Virus record (IMG/VR): IMGVR_UViG_3300009183_000256
Coordinates: 1 to 30,644 of that record
Length of the DNA: 30,644 nucleotides
From: a virus
Taxonomy: Duplodnaviria > Caudoviricetes
Strand: one strand, 5' to 3'
The translations under genes and the position numbers were made by a program. Shown here one piece after another: positions 16,244 through 26,262 of the stretch. A model generated the notes under the pieces. That model made no database searches. It worked only from the letters and a program-made list of their open reading frames with translations, and was not told the origin of the DNA. Numbering within the stretch: the first letter of the stretch is position 1; the number at the start of each line of letters is the position of its first letter.

Positions 16244-16584
16244 CAGCTTTTGTTAATTTCAAAATGACACCAACAAACAAAATAAACAGCACCTCTGCTG
16301 TGATTTTTGGTGCAGCAGCTAACGATACTTTGACTTGTTTAGTGGATTCTATTTTTCTAACGAATCTGATGCAAAAAGATATATCAGTCACGCTTTCTTT
16401 TTTCAGATCAGGCGAATATTACATTTTAGCAAATGATTTTTCAATTCCACCGAACAGCAGTGTAGATATTTTAGTGGGTTCTACTTTGACTTTTCAGCCA
16501 GGTGACCTGTTGTACGCAGCGTCAAACTATTCCAATAACACATTCAACAGCTTTGTTTCTTACAGGGAACTAACAGGAAATTAA
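16240..16584 (+). CDS. Small beta-rich virion structural protein (hypothetical)
   Basis: ATGA overlap with the portal. IFLTN...IPPNSSVDIL...TFQPGDLLY resembles small phage virion proteins. Confidence 0.65.
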   Translation: MTAFVNFKMTPTNKINSTSAVIFGAAANDTLTCLVDSIFLTNLMQKDISVTLSFFRSGEYYILANDFSIPPNSSVDILVGSTLTFQPGDLLYAASNYSNNTFNSFVSYRELTGN

Positions 16585-17498
16585 TGGAGACACTAATGAT
16601 AGATCAAGAAATTAAACCACAAGACCAAACAATAGATACAATTTCTAGTTTGTTTGAAGAGCGTGATCGCCAACCTTTACAAGAGGATGCTGATCGCGAG
16701 AATGCAAAAAAGCAACCAGCACCTACATTATCTTCACAACCCGATGAGAAAAAGGCTGAAACCGAAGCTGCCAAGGGCGACGATCAAGCTATTGATCGCC
16801 CAGATCTAAAAGCTTTGCAAGCGGAGTTGGAAAAAACTAAAAAAGCTTTCACCGATACACAAAAATATGGACACACAAATGCAAGAAAAATTAAATCAGC
16901 TCAAAAGCAAGCTCAATTGTTGGTTGAAAGTGGCGCATTGTCTGAGGACGAAGCTCAAACGTTATTGGCATCTTTGGAAGGCGATTTTGAAGAAACAGTA
17001 AATGAGCCAACCGATCCGCTTAGCAATATCTTAAAGATTGCTAATGGCGAATATTCAAACTTTAAAAAATATAATGAAGATCCTCTGCTAGATGAAAAAG
17101 TGAAAAGCTTTGATTTTTTGTTGTCACTTTCTTCGCAAAAAAAAGTTCAAGAAATTTTAGAAGAACTTAGTGACTTAGCGGAAGAGCCATTAAATTTAGT
17201 GAAAAAAATGCTGTCTTTGGGTAATGATTTTTATGAAAGTACTGGGCGTGAAATTATAAATGCGGGCGGCATACCTGATTATATCGAAAAACAGCAAGAT
17301 GAAATCCAAAAACTAAATAAAAACATTGACAAGTTAACTAAAAAGTTGGCAGACTATGAGGAATATGATCAACCGCGTCAACGGATTAGCGAAGTTGGGG
17401 AATCAAAAGAAAACCCACCGGGGAAACGAGACACTATTAGCGACTTGTTTGAATCTCGCGACCGCTACGATCAAAGAAAACAAAAACGACTAGCCTAG
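16584..17498 (+). CDS. Probable capsid scaffolding protein
   Basis: Acidic coiled-coil protein immediately upstream of the capsid gene. Confidence 0.7.
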   Translation: METLMIDQEIKPQDQTIDTISSLFEERDRQPLQEDADRENAKKQPAPTLSSQPDEKKAETEAAKGDDQAIDRPDLKALQAELEKTKKAFTDTQKYGHTNARKIKSAQKQAQLLVESGALSEDEAQTLLASLEGDFEETVNEPTDPLSNILKIANGEYSNFKKYNEDPLLDEKVKSFDFLLSLSSQKKVQEILEELSDLAEEPLNLVKKMLSLGNDFYESTGREIINAGGIPDYIEKQQDEIQKLNKNIDKLTKKLADYEEYDQPRQRISEVGESKENPPGKRDTISDLFESRDRYDQRKQKRLA

Positions 17499-17676
17499 TT
17501 CGCCCGTTTTAGTTTTCAGCTTTGTAAAGAAAGACCCGCTACTAATTTTCAAGACAGCATTGCTATTATCTTGAAAAATTGGAACGCCGTTACCTTTTTT
17601 CATAAGAACGAAAAATCGCAGTTTAAGCACTATTGTTGCTTAAATATTTTTGTTTATTTTTTTAAAAGGAATTTTT

Positions 17677-18897
17677 ATGGCACTTTATCCAGCCCCCCCT
17701 TCCGGTTATAACGGAATTAACCAAAACCTCTTTCCATTTAGCGTTTCTTCAGAAGTTGTCAAAGAATGGGTGCAGCAAACCCCTTTGTACAATTTGATGG
17801 GCAAAGAACCAAGCCGTCCAATCGTTCGTAAAAAATTAGAAAAAGGCGAAGGTTTGCAATACCGCATGGGGAAACTCCAAGCCCTTGATTACAAAAACCC
17901 GATTGTCAACTTTGATCAACGTCGCGGTAATGCGCAACAGCAATCAGTTGATTATGACAAAATTGATGTAGATTTTAAAAGTTTTTTGGTACAAATCAAA
18001 GGCTATGACATTTTGTCTCAAGGCACTCCGATTGACTTACCGCCTTACGCTCGTAGTCAATTGGTCGAAGCGTTTTCAAGGTGTTTAAACTATGATCTGT
18101 TTAATGCGATGACGTCCTCTGTTTATCCGGCTCTAACCACTGGTTCCCCTTTAACCGGTAACATTGCGGGTAATTATCCAAGCTATGATCGCGTCGTACT
18201 TCCAGTTTCTACAGGAACGCTATTAGGAAGAGTTGCTTATCAAGCTAACGAGACTTTTCCAACGCTTGTCAATGGCATGCAATATTCAGGGGATACTACC
18301 TATGACGGTTCAGGACTTTCTGCGCGTCACCTGGAAACCTTGAAGCAATATGCGGAACGAGGTAATGCCGCAGACATTGGTGTTAATACTGAAAACGCGA
18401 TACAACCAGCCTTTGTTAAGAGCAAAGCGGGTTGGCCGATGAACAAGTACATTTATTTAGCCCATCCACAAACCTTAACCAGTTTGTTTGCTGACCCATT
18501 GTTTGCCAGCTCAACCTTTAACCGTGGCACGGTGATTGATCAAGAAAACACCCCACAAACTTTAAATGGTGCAGATTATGTGGGGGAATATCGTGGCATT
18601 GCGATTTATAGCTGCCGTGACCTTTACCAATATGCGATCACCAGTGCGGACGGGAACAAAACTGCTGCCTGGAACATTTTTATGGGTGCTGGTGCCCTGA
18701 GTATTGGTTGGGCAGAAGAACCGACAATCGGTATGGAAAATGACTTGATTGAACGAATTCAGTTATATTATGGCCATGAATTTCGTGGGCAAAAGATGCT
18801 GAAGTTTAAAAGTGCCTATGCTGCCCAAGCTACTGCCCAAACTGGCTCTAACCTTTCAGTTGAACAAGGTATTATCCATTCGTTCGTGAGTTTTTAA
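17677..18897 (+). CDS. Major capsid protein (N4-gp56/DUF4043-like)
   Basis: Start moved to MALYP after the AAAGGA RBS. LMGK...IVRKKLEKGEG...GN, YIYLAHP, GEYRGIAI, FMGAGAL. Size and position fit. Confidence 0.85.
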   Translation: MALYPAPPSGYNGINQNLFPFSVSSEVVKEWVQQTPLYNLMGKEPSRPIVRKKLEKGEGLQYRMGKLQALDYKNPIVNFDQRRGNAQQQSVDYDKIDVDFKSFLVQIKGYDILSQGTPIDLPPYARSQLVEAFSRCLNYDLFNAMTSSVYPALTTGSPLTGNIAGNYPSYDRVVLPVSTGTLLGRVAYQANETFPTLVNGMQYSGDTTYDGSGLSARHLETLKQYAERGNAADIGVNTENAIQPAFVKSKAGWPMNKYIYLAHPQTLTSLFADPLFASSTFNRGTVIDQENTPQTLNGADYVGEYRGIAIYSCRDLYQYAITSADGNKTAAWNIFMGAGALSIGWAEEPTIGMENDLIERIQLYYGHEFRGQKMLKFKSAYAAQATAQTGSNLSVEQGIIHSFVSF

Positions 18898-18922
18898 AAC
18901 ATAACATAAGGAGATTAAAATT

Positions 18923-19276
18923 ATGACAGCCGTGATTCGCTATGTAACTAATACGATCAATGGTGAAAAAGCATCATCTGAAGTAAATTCTACTGGTTCT
19001 GATTATCAGCTGGTGGCTTTTAGCATATCCCTAGAAAATGATATACCAAACGACACTGAACAAGTGCAGAGTTTTCCACTCTTAACCTGGACGGGTGCAG
19101 GTACTATTAAACAAGTAATGAATGTAGACATAGATGCTATATCACTGGATACAACTACTCCAACACACCTGGATATCTTAATTGATAAAAACGTTATTCT
19201 TTGTTTTCTGAAGCCTGAAGAAGAAATTAAAGCAACAGCCACAATTAGAATGCTCGTGCTCATAGGAAATTACTAA
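18923..19276 (+). CDS. Hypothetical virion protein (capsid decoration candidate)
   Basis: Strong AAGGAG RBS, directly after the capsid gene and before a hairpin. Confidence 0.65.
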   Translation: MTAVIRYVTNTINGEKASSEVNSTGSDYQLVAFSISLENDIPNDTEQVQSFPLLTWTGAGTIKQVMNVDIDAISLDTTTPTHLDILIDKNVILCFLKPEEEIKATATIRMLVLIGNY

Positions 19277-19283
19277 ATTAAAG

Positions 19284-19301
19284 CCCCGCTGAAAGGCGGG
19301 G
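19284..19301 (+). terminator. GC hairpin after the head genes (probably a leaky terminator)
   Basis: CCCCGCT-GAAA-GGCGGGG with a weak U tract. Confidence 0.5.
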
Positions 19302-19334
19302 GTTCCATTCAATGACCACTGTATGAGTTTTTAG

Positions 19335-19973
19335 ATGCAAGTTTCAGGTTTATTAAACTTAATGGGCAATCTCTCACTTGGTAACGACAACATTACCCAA
19401 GTTGAGCAAGGTATTTTTTTGCAATATCTCAACCTCGCCCATTTAGAACTCTACCAAGTGACCGCTAATTTTAATCAGAATTTGCTGATTCAAGAAACCG
19501 TTGACAATCAAGCAAGTCTGAACTATGCACAATTGTCTAAGACGCCATATTTAGTCTACAGCGTTTATGATCTTACGCATCAGCGCCAACTCCGCCGGAT
19601 TTCCTTTACCGATGCGATTGAGCGTGACCCGGCTTTTGTTAGCACAGGCAACCCTTGTCAATATTTTGTAAATCAAGATATGATTTGTTTTGTCCCGGTG
19701 CAAACTGCTGTCACCTCAATCAAGGTTTGGTATGTCCCCCAACCCATTAGTTTAACTGAGCAAACCCCTGAAGAAGAAATCCCCTATCCAGTTGCCTATC
19801 ACCCAGTGTTGGTGGACGGGGCTTTGTATTACTTATTTCAAGAAGAAGGGGGCTTTAGAGATTCGCAAAAATCCAATGATGCCGCTAAGCGTTGGGACGC
19901 TGGAAAAACAAGACTTCTATCATATTTATATAATTCTAGCGGGGTGACGCTTTCAACCTTCAGTAGTGTGTAA
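19335..19973 (+). CDS. Head-to-tail adaptor (tail tubular A-like)
   Basis: YLNLA helix, GNP-QY, FVPV, IPYPVAYHPVLVDGALY. Position after the capsid genes. Confidence 0.7.
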   Translation: MQVSGLLNLMGNLSLGNDNITQVEQGIFLQYLNLAHLELYQVTANFNQNLLIQETVDNQASLNYAQLSKTPYLVYSVYDLTHQRQLRRISFTDAIERDPAFVSTGNPCQYFVNQDMICFVPVQTAVTSIKVWYVPQPISLTEQTPEEEIPYPVAYHPVLVDGALYYLFQEEGGFRDSQKSNDAAKRWDAGKTRLLSYLYNSSGVTLSTFSSV

Positions 19974-19975
19974 AA

Positions 19976-22153
19976 ATGCTTCAAGAAGGCAATTATAATG
20001 TTTTAGAGTTTAACCCACCCACCCAAGGGATGAACTGTAATATTGCGCCAGAAGTTTTGCCTCAAGCTTTTGCTAGTGTTTTAGAAAATATCCTACCCAC
20101 CCCAGTTGGCTCAAGTATGGTGCGCTATGGTACGAAACGCTTGGCAGGGATGACTCTTCCCCCAGATGCAGTAATCATGGAAGCGTTCCCCTTTGTCAAA
20201 GCCAATGGCGATACCCAAATGGTACTTTATGTGCAAACTTTTGTGCAAGATCTGAATGCCGATAACTTTACGGTGTTAAGTCCTAATAGCTTTAGTTTTG
20301 ATACTGATAATCCTGAACAGTTCAATGTCGATACACCCATTAAAATCCCCTACACTAGCCTTGGGGCGACTACCCTCTATTCAACGATTGTTAGTACAAC
20401 CGTATATGAAAATACGGTTACCATTACCGTGCAAGACAATTCCTTCCCCTTGCCGATCACTGGGGTGATAATTAATTCCGTGGCATTTTCTCAAGGCAGC
20501 ATTTACGTTTATGATTTACAAACCTCAACCCTAAATCCAGTCCTTAAGACTGGATTAAGTGTTGGTTGTGTCCCCCGGTCTGTCACCTTTTTAAACACCC
20601 TAGTGATTTGTAATGGGGTTGATCGGGTCTTGAGTTGGGATGGCACTACACTGGTGGAAGTCGTTGATTTTGTTAAAGAAGATACGGCGATTAAATTTAA
20701 TCGGATTAATAACACGGGTTTTTCTTTTTCGCTTGATCCTGATAAGGCTGCAATTTTTGACATAACAAAATATCAAAACAATAATGAAATCCAGCTTAAA
20801 ATTAATGGGGTGACCTCTACTACAACGATCGCAAATATTGTTAAAGCTGAAAACCTGATCACGATCACAACTGCAGATAATCCACCCGCCTTTGATCCGC
20901 AACACCAACCGGAGCTGTTTTATAGGGATTGGCCACCTGCCTTTAGCTTTATGCTGGTCGCCCACAATCGCCTTTGGGGCTTAGGCGCAGGTGCAGTCGG
21001 GCTTAACTATCGTGATCCCAATCAGGCCTTGGTCGTCTATTTTACCTATCAACCCAATACCTTAACTAACTGGTTTGATGAAAAACTTAAAATTGTACCT
21101 TTCATCGATTTAGCACAAACCCATGGCTCTCCAGATAATCTTGAGGCCATCGCCTATGTCAGTGGTTTAACCATTTTTTTGGGCAGGAATAAGACCCAAG
21201 TTTGGACGGGATCAGAGCCTTTAGGGGCAGCGGTTGATCCAACTCGCCCCAGGTTTGAATTTTCCTCGATCCTGCCGATTGGTATTGTCCATGGCAATTT
21301 AGTTGTGGAAATGGCGAATGATGTCTATTTCGTTAGTCAAAATGGTCTGTTGTCGTTTAGCACTCTCAATGTGGCCAAACAGTTTGCAGCCACGGCAAGT
21401 GATGCGGTTGACCCATTGGTTAGACAATATGTGACTTCGACAACCACTTCTAATCAAGCTTACCGGGCTTGCCGGTCATTCAAGTACAAATCTGGAGCAT
21501 TTTGCGGGTTTAAGATTGGTCTCAATAAGGTATTGGTGTCTTTGTACTCGACTAACCTTTATGCCTGGAGTTTGTTCTCCGGCGACTTTGCTAAGGCAGC
21601 CACGTTTTTAGCAACCTTAGATAATGCGCTGTACTTGACCGTAGGTAATCAGATCTATCAATACGCCGATGGCACCAAGGATACTCCACCTGTCTATGGG
21701 GATAATAATGGCCAGGATTTGATTAATTTTTTATGGACGCTACCAGTTGTCCATTTATCTGGAAGACGCTGGGCTAATAAACGCTATGAACTCCAGGTAG
21801 ATTATTCTTCAAGCGTGGTGCTTGGCAAAGAGAATACCCTGTCGATCCTCATTCATGGGGATCTCCAAAGAACTTTCTCCCTGTCCGATAATTATATCCT
21901 GCCGTTTAAGGGTGATGTTTTGCAAACTATACCGTTGGTTGAGATACCCGATCGACGACCTCCCAATTACGATCGAGATCAACCCGATGCCGGTTGGTTT
22001 GGTTTTCGTTTAGATGAGCCATATGCGTATCCAAAAGATCGTTTGAAATTTTTAAGCTCAAGTTTTGGGGTCAGCCTGTTTGGCTCAACCAAAAATGGCA
22101 AGCTTTACTTTAAAAAAATTAGATTGTTCGGCATTGCTGAGAGAAGTTTGTAG
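19976..22153 (+). CDS. Tail nozzle / DNA stabilisation protein (P22 gp10 / tail tubular B-like)
   Basis: 725 aa, beta-propeller-like: GMN...ENI...VRYG, HNRLW, DVYFVSQNGL. Position after the adaptor. Confidence 0.75.
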   Translation: MLQEGNYNVLEFNPPTQGMNCNIAPEVLPQAFASVLENILPTPVGSSMVRYGTKRLAGMTLPPDAVIMEAFPFVKANGDTQMVLYVQTFVQDLNADNFTVLSPNSFSFDTDNPEQFNVDTPIKIPYTSLGATTLYSTIVSTTVYENTVTITVQDNSFPLPITGVIINSVAFSQGSIYVYDLQTSTLNPVLKTGLSVGCVPRSVTFLNTLVICNGVDRVLSWDGTTLVEVVDFVKEDTAIKFNRINNTGFSFSLDPDKAAIFDITKYQNNNEIQLKINGVTSTTTIANIVKAENLITITTADNPPAFDPQHQPELFYRDWPPAFSFMLVAHNRLWGLGAGAVGLNYRDPNQALVVYFTYQPNTLTNWFDEKLKIVPFIDLAQTHGSPDNLEAIAYVSGLTIFLGRNKTQVWTGSEPLGAAVDPTRPRFEFSSILPIGIVHGNLVVEMANDVYFVSQNGLLSFSTLNVAKQFAATASDAVDPLVRQYVTSTTTSNQAYRACRSFKYKSGAFCGFKIGLNKVLVSLYSTNLYAWSLFSGDFAKAATFLATLDNALYLTVGNQIYQYADGTKDTPPVYGDNNGQDLINFLWTLPVVHLSGRRWANKRYELQVDYSSSVVLGKENTLSILIHGDLQRTFSLSDNYILPFKGDVLQTIPLVEIPDRRPPNYDRDQPDAGWFGFRLDEPYAYPKDRLKFLSSSFGVSLFGSTKNGKLYFKKIRLFGIAERSL

Positions 22154-22173
22154 AAGAAAAAAGGAGAAAAATT

Positions 22174-23343
22174 ATGCCCTTATTACCCACTGACAATAGC
22201 CGTCCGGACTTGCCTTATGTGCCAGCCCAATCGCTGCCTAATAATGCGCGCTTTAATATCTTAACCACAACTAAAAGGCCACCCACCGCCGAAATGCTTG
22301 ATGCGGAGTTCAATGCGTTGACCGATGATGTTAATATGTTGGCCAAAGGAATTAACGACGTCCAGGTCGGAAGTATTCCAGGTAGTGATGTAGAGCTTAA
22401 TGCTAATAAACTGCTGAAAACCGATGGCGAGGGCAACCTGAGCTGGACGTTGATAACTAACACTGAGCTGGAACCGGGAGCCGTGAAGGAACGGGGCTTA
22501 GCCGAGAGAAGTGTCACCGAAAAAAAAATTGATGATGGTGCGGTAACTAACGCTAAGCTTAGTACCGGGGCGGTGGAAACGCTACAAATTGCTGACGGGG
22601 CGGTGAAAACGCTAAAAATTGAGGACAAGGCGGTGAAAACGGAAAAAATTGAGGACAAGGCGGTAACTAACGCTAAGCTTAGTAACGGGGCGGTGAAAAC
22701 GCTACAAATTGCTGACGGGGCGGTGAAAACGGAAAAAATTGAGGACAAGGCGGTGACAACGGAAAAAATTGAGGACAAGGCGGTGACTACCCAAAAGCTG
22801 AGCTCATCTGGTGGGCTTCCTGGTTCGGTTTTAACCGCTGGATCGGGATCTTCAGTTAACTGGTCGGCGATTCCAACAACTGGCAAGATTTTACAAATTG
22901 CCTCATATGTTACTAGCAATAAAACATTCTCAAGTGGGGAAGAAAAGAAGTGTGTTTTTAATCCTCACTTTGCCTTAACCCTCACTCCTAAATCTAAAAC
23001 GAGTTTTATCGGCTTATTTATTACAATGCAGGCCTCACCATTAACCGTGCCAGGCTGGGTTTCTGCGAGGCTTTATAGGAATAATACAATCTATATTCCC
23101 CTTGACTTTAATTCAAGGGGAGCAATGTTTTCTAAGTATATAACGGCCACAGATACAAGTAGGATTGGCCTCACCTGTTTTAGTGGATTTTTTCAAGATA
23201 CGATTGATAGACAGAATTTAGACTCAATTAATTATGAGATAGTTACTTTGGAAAATGTAATTTTAAATGGCGATCAAAATGCGACTGGTAGCTTAAGTTA
23301 TACAACGATCAGCTCAATCTATGGAATAGAAGTGCAAATATGA
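22174..23343 (+). CDS. Tail fibre with 10-aa [GK]AVxxxKIxD repeats
   Basis: N-terminal anchor-like LDAEFNAL, LKTDG-GNLSW, repeats, GKILQI head domain. Confidence 0.8.
   Translation: MPLLPTDNSRPDLPYVPAQSLPNNARFNILTTTKRPPTAEMLDAEFNALTDDVNMLAKGINDVQVGSIPGSDVELNANKLLKTDGEGNLSWTLITNTELEPGAVKERGLAERSVTEKKIDDGAVTNAKLSTGAVETLQIADGAVKTLKIEDKAVKTEKIEDKAVTNAKLSNGAVKTLQIADGAVKTEKIEDKAVTTEKIEDKAVTTQKLSSSGGLPGSVLTAGSGSSVNWSAIPTTGKILQIASYVTSNKTFSSGEEKKCVFNPHFALTLTPKSKTSFIGLFITMQASPLTVPGWVSARLYRNNTIYIPLDFNSRGAMFSKYITATDTSRIGLTCFSGFFQDTIDRQNLDSINYEIVTLENVILNGDQNATGSLSYTTISSIYGIEVQI
22477..22806 (+). repeat. 30-bp coding tandem repeat (about 11 units) with a 120-bp higher-order duplication
   Basis: GAVTNAKLST-GAVETLQIAD-GAVKTLKIED-KAVKTEKIED, then KAVTNAKLSN-GAVKTLQIAD-GAVKTEKIED-KAVTTEKIED. 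Confidence 0.9.
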
Positions 23344-23396
23344 AGCATCGCTGCACCACCGCACCACCGCACCACTTTAGTTATGGAGATTAAATT

Positions 23397-23768
23397 ATGA
23401 ACCTAATTGAGATCAACCCTTTGGATGTGCAACGGGTGTTTCCCAGTTTTTATCACCAAGACTCGCGGTTTTTCAATATAATTCACAAGGCTTTTAAAAT
23501 TGGGATTTACGCTGTGAAAAAACATCCGAATAACGCTTCTGAAATTAGTTTATACGTTTTTAAAAACCAGAGAAATAGAATATACTATCGAGAAGGTTTA
23601 AATTTATTATTAAATTATCCTTTTTTATTAGGGTATGGTGTTATTTATATTGCTAGTCGCGAAAAATCTGTGGTGACTTTGCTTTGCAATTGCAAAAAAA
23701 TGGGGATTGTTTACATGGGAATTAAAAACGAAAAAATGTGGTTTAAACGCGAAAGGCAAGTTATATGA
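23397..23768 (+). CDS. Probable GNAT-fold protein (position of T7 gp13 / P22 gp14)
   Basis: 123 aa between the tail and ejection genes. IGIY...EISLYV...R and KKMG pattern. GGAG RBS. Confidence 0.55.
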   Translation: MNLIEINPLDVQRVFPSFYHQDSRFFNIIHKAFKIGIYAVKKHPNNASEISLYVFKNQRNRIYYREGLNLLLNYPFLLGYGVIYIASREKSVVTLLCNCKKMGIVYMGIKNEKMWFKRERQVI

Positions 23769-24811
23769 GTTTCGGAGGGGGCGATGAAGCTCCGCCAGCT
23801 AGGGATTTACCACCACCGCCAACAATGGATGAAATTAATTCTTTCTTAAATAAAGTTACGGGAATTCAAAGCGTAAAAGTAAAAAAACCAGACGGTTCGT
23901 TTGAAATCGTTACAGAAAAAATGCCTCAAACTGATGATGAAAAAAAAATAGCCAGTCATTTAGGCTCGGTGATGAAGAAAAGTTTTGAAAGCATTAATCA
24001 ACTCATCGATACGGATCCTGGCAAAACAGTTGATTACTCTCCATTCATTAAAATTTTAGCCAATGTCAGCAATGAAAGAAGCTCGGATATGAGCGCGCTA
24101 ACTAACATCCCAAATTTCACAGAATACGCAGATCAATTTGAAAAACGTGGTGCTGAGGTTTTAGAGCGGGAGTTCCGTGCGCGGGGCAACGAACAAGAAG
24201 CTATGCTTGCGAGCAGGGGTCTTGGAAAAAGCAGTGAAAGCATAGCTATGCGCAATTCATTATTTGGGCAAAGAGCGGAATCTTTGGCGAAAAACAAGGA
24301 AAGCGCATCTCTGAGAGCATACGAAGAGCGAAATAAGTTTTTAGAAGATTCGGCGAACGTCTACAAAACTAAAGAACTGGAGCGGCGTGGAAGGTTGGAA
24401 AATGCGGAAGCAACAGCTAATTTGGAAAACAAAAGTATTTCAGACGAGACAGCTAATAGACAGCGTAAATTGCAAAATCAAAGCGGCCTGTTTGATTTGA
24501 CTGACAAAATTGCGTACAGACAAAAAAAAGATGATGCGACTTACGCGTCTGTCGGTGAACAAAACCTGTTGAATGCTAGTAACCAAACAAACAACAATAG
24601 ACTTCAACGGTACGGCATAGAATCTGGGAACATTTTACATCAGAATCAACAAGATCTTGAGAGATTTGCAACACGCGATCAGTCACCAGGTTTTGGTCAA
24701 ATGGCGTTGGGGGCGTTAGGAACTCTCGGCGGTCAGGTTCTAGCCCCCGTGACAGCTGGCTTCGGGCAACACATATCCCAAAAATTGTTTTCAGGCGGAG
24801 AAAAAAAATGA
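23765..24811 (+). CDS. DNA ejection (internal virion) protein 1
   Basis: MSFGGG start, helical, LASRGL--SS motif, Gly-rich hydrophobic C-terminus. ATGA overlaps on both sides. Confidence 0.65.
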   Translation: MSFGGGDEAPPARDLPPPPTMDEINSFLNKVTGIQSVKVKKPDGSFEIVTEKMPQTDDEKKIASHLGSVMKKSFESINQLIDTDPGKTVDYSPFIKILANVSNERSSDMSALTNIPNFTEYADQFEKRGAEVLEREFRARGNEQEAMLASRGLGKSSESIAMRNSLFGQRAESLAKNKESASLRAYEERNKFLEDSANVYKTKELERRGRLENAEATANLENKSISDETANRQRKLQNQSGLFDLTDKIAYRQKKDDATYASVGEQNLLNASNQTNNNRLQRYGIESGNILHQNQQDLERFATRDQSPGFGQMALGALGTLGGQVLAPVTAGFGQHISQKLFSGGEKK

Positions 24812-26262
24812 TTTCAAAAAATGCTACTGAATTCGCTAAAACCGGTCTTGAAATTCAGAAAGCCAGGTTTGATGTTGCTTCAAAAAGAAAAGGGAAAAAC
24901 GAGCACTTTGCAAAAGCCATAGACAAATGGGGGGCGGACATAGATCATGTCGTCAAGCTAAACCAAAGGCATGGACATAAAGAAAAGTCAGGCGAAAGTT
25001 TTATGAAGGGGTTTGCAAACGGCCTATCCGGTGGCTTGCGAAGGCAGGACGAAGAATCTTTTGAAAAAACCTTTGATTATTTCAATCAAAATGTGGAAGC
25101 AATTGAAGCACAAAACCGGGCGGGTGCTGCCAAACAGGAAAAAATAGACAAAGTAGCTCCATACGCAACGGCTGGACTTGAGATGATGCATTCGGACTTG
25201 CCCCACGAAACTGTGATGCCTCAATTAAAAAAAATGTGGGAACAAGCGCAAATGCACAACCCAGACTTGAATGGAAGCATCGTGGGCTATATTCCTAATT
25301 CATCTTTTGTAAATGTTAGGGATGATGCTGGGAATGTTCAGGCAGTTTCGTTGGCTACTTTTGTCGATCAAGACCAATACCAAAAAATGATTAAGCAAAA
25401 TCTACTAAAACAAAAACTAAATAACGACCTAGACCCCAATACTATTGCTAACAAAAACAAGCAAGCATATATTGATCAAACGAAAAATCATTTTGACCCC
25501 GAATTGCAAGGAAAAATAGCATCTGAAAAAGAAAAAGGCAAGCTCAATGCAAAAATAATCCATGACATCGATACAAAAGTTCACGCCATGGACAGATTAT
25601 ATGCTGACAACAATGAAATAATCAAAATCATCTCAAACTCGAAGCTAGCCGGTACCGGAACTCTAAAGGCTATGCAGACCTATCTTGCCGAAAAAACTGG
25701 GCGTACGCATGATATTGATGCAATCAAGATGCTAGTTGCTTCACAATACAGCAAAGCAGACGAGATTCTAGGCAAAGGAGTCAGAAGCGATAGCGATATG
25801 AAAATGTTTGCCAAGACCATCCCATCGCTTGACAAAAATCCACAGGCAGTTCTAAAACTTTTAGAAGCCCAACAAACACAAATAGAAAAAGAAAGAAAAG
25901 CAGGACGCATCAAACTCAAAAAATTTGCAGATAATCCTCTCGCTAATCTAACAGATGATACGGATTATTCTGAAGGAATGTACGGTGCTAGCCCAACACA
26001 GCAAGCTGAGATGAGTAGGATACCAATTTCACCAGAAAACCCACTACCCCTAACACCTGAGGAACAACAGGCTGCTGGTCAATCGCCAATGGTGCCACAA
26101 CAACCAGAAGTTCCTAACGCTAGCGCAGAAAACCCACCACCGCCGCCTACGGCTAATGAGCAAACTAGTAAATTAATGAAGTTTAGTGACGGAACAACAA
26201 AGGTTATTCCAGCCGCTGACGTGGAGCGTATGAAACAATGGGGACAAGTTGTAGATGAGTAA
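24808..26262 (+). CDS. DNA ejection (internal virion) protein 2
   Basis: Helical, with a GVRSDSDMKM...IPSL motif seen in podovirus ejection proteins. Pro/Gln-rich tail. Confidence 0.65.
   Translation: MISKNATEFAKTGLEIQKARFDVASKRKGKNEHFAKAIDKWGADIDHVVKLNQRHGHKEKSGESFMKGFANGLSGGLRRQDEESFEKTFDYFNQNVEAIEAQNRAGAAKQEKIDKVAPYATAGLEMMHSDLPHETVMPQLKKMWEQAQMHNPDLNGSIVGYIPNSSFVNVRDDAGNVQAVSLATFVDQDQYQKMIKQNLLKQKLNNDLDPNTIANKNKQAYIDQTKNHFDPELQGKIASEKEKGKLNAKIIHDIDTKVHAMDRLYADNNEIIKIISNSKLAGTGTLKAMQTYLAEKTGRTHDIDAIKMLVASQYSKADEILGKGVRSDSDMKMFAKTIPSLDKNPQAVLKLLEAQQTQIEKERKAGRIKLKKFADNPLANLTDDTDYSEGMYGASPTQQAEMSRIPISPENPLPLTPEEQQAAGQSPMVPQQPEVPNASAENPPPPPTANEQTSKLMKFSDGTTKVIPAADVERMKQWGQVVDE

Noticed and set aside
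22215-22919. 234-aa antisense ORF and other antisense ORFs inside structural genes
   Set aside because: Fully nested opposite well-supported genes and explained by repeats or codon bias.
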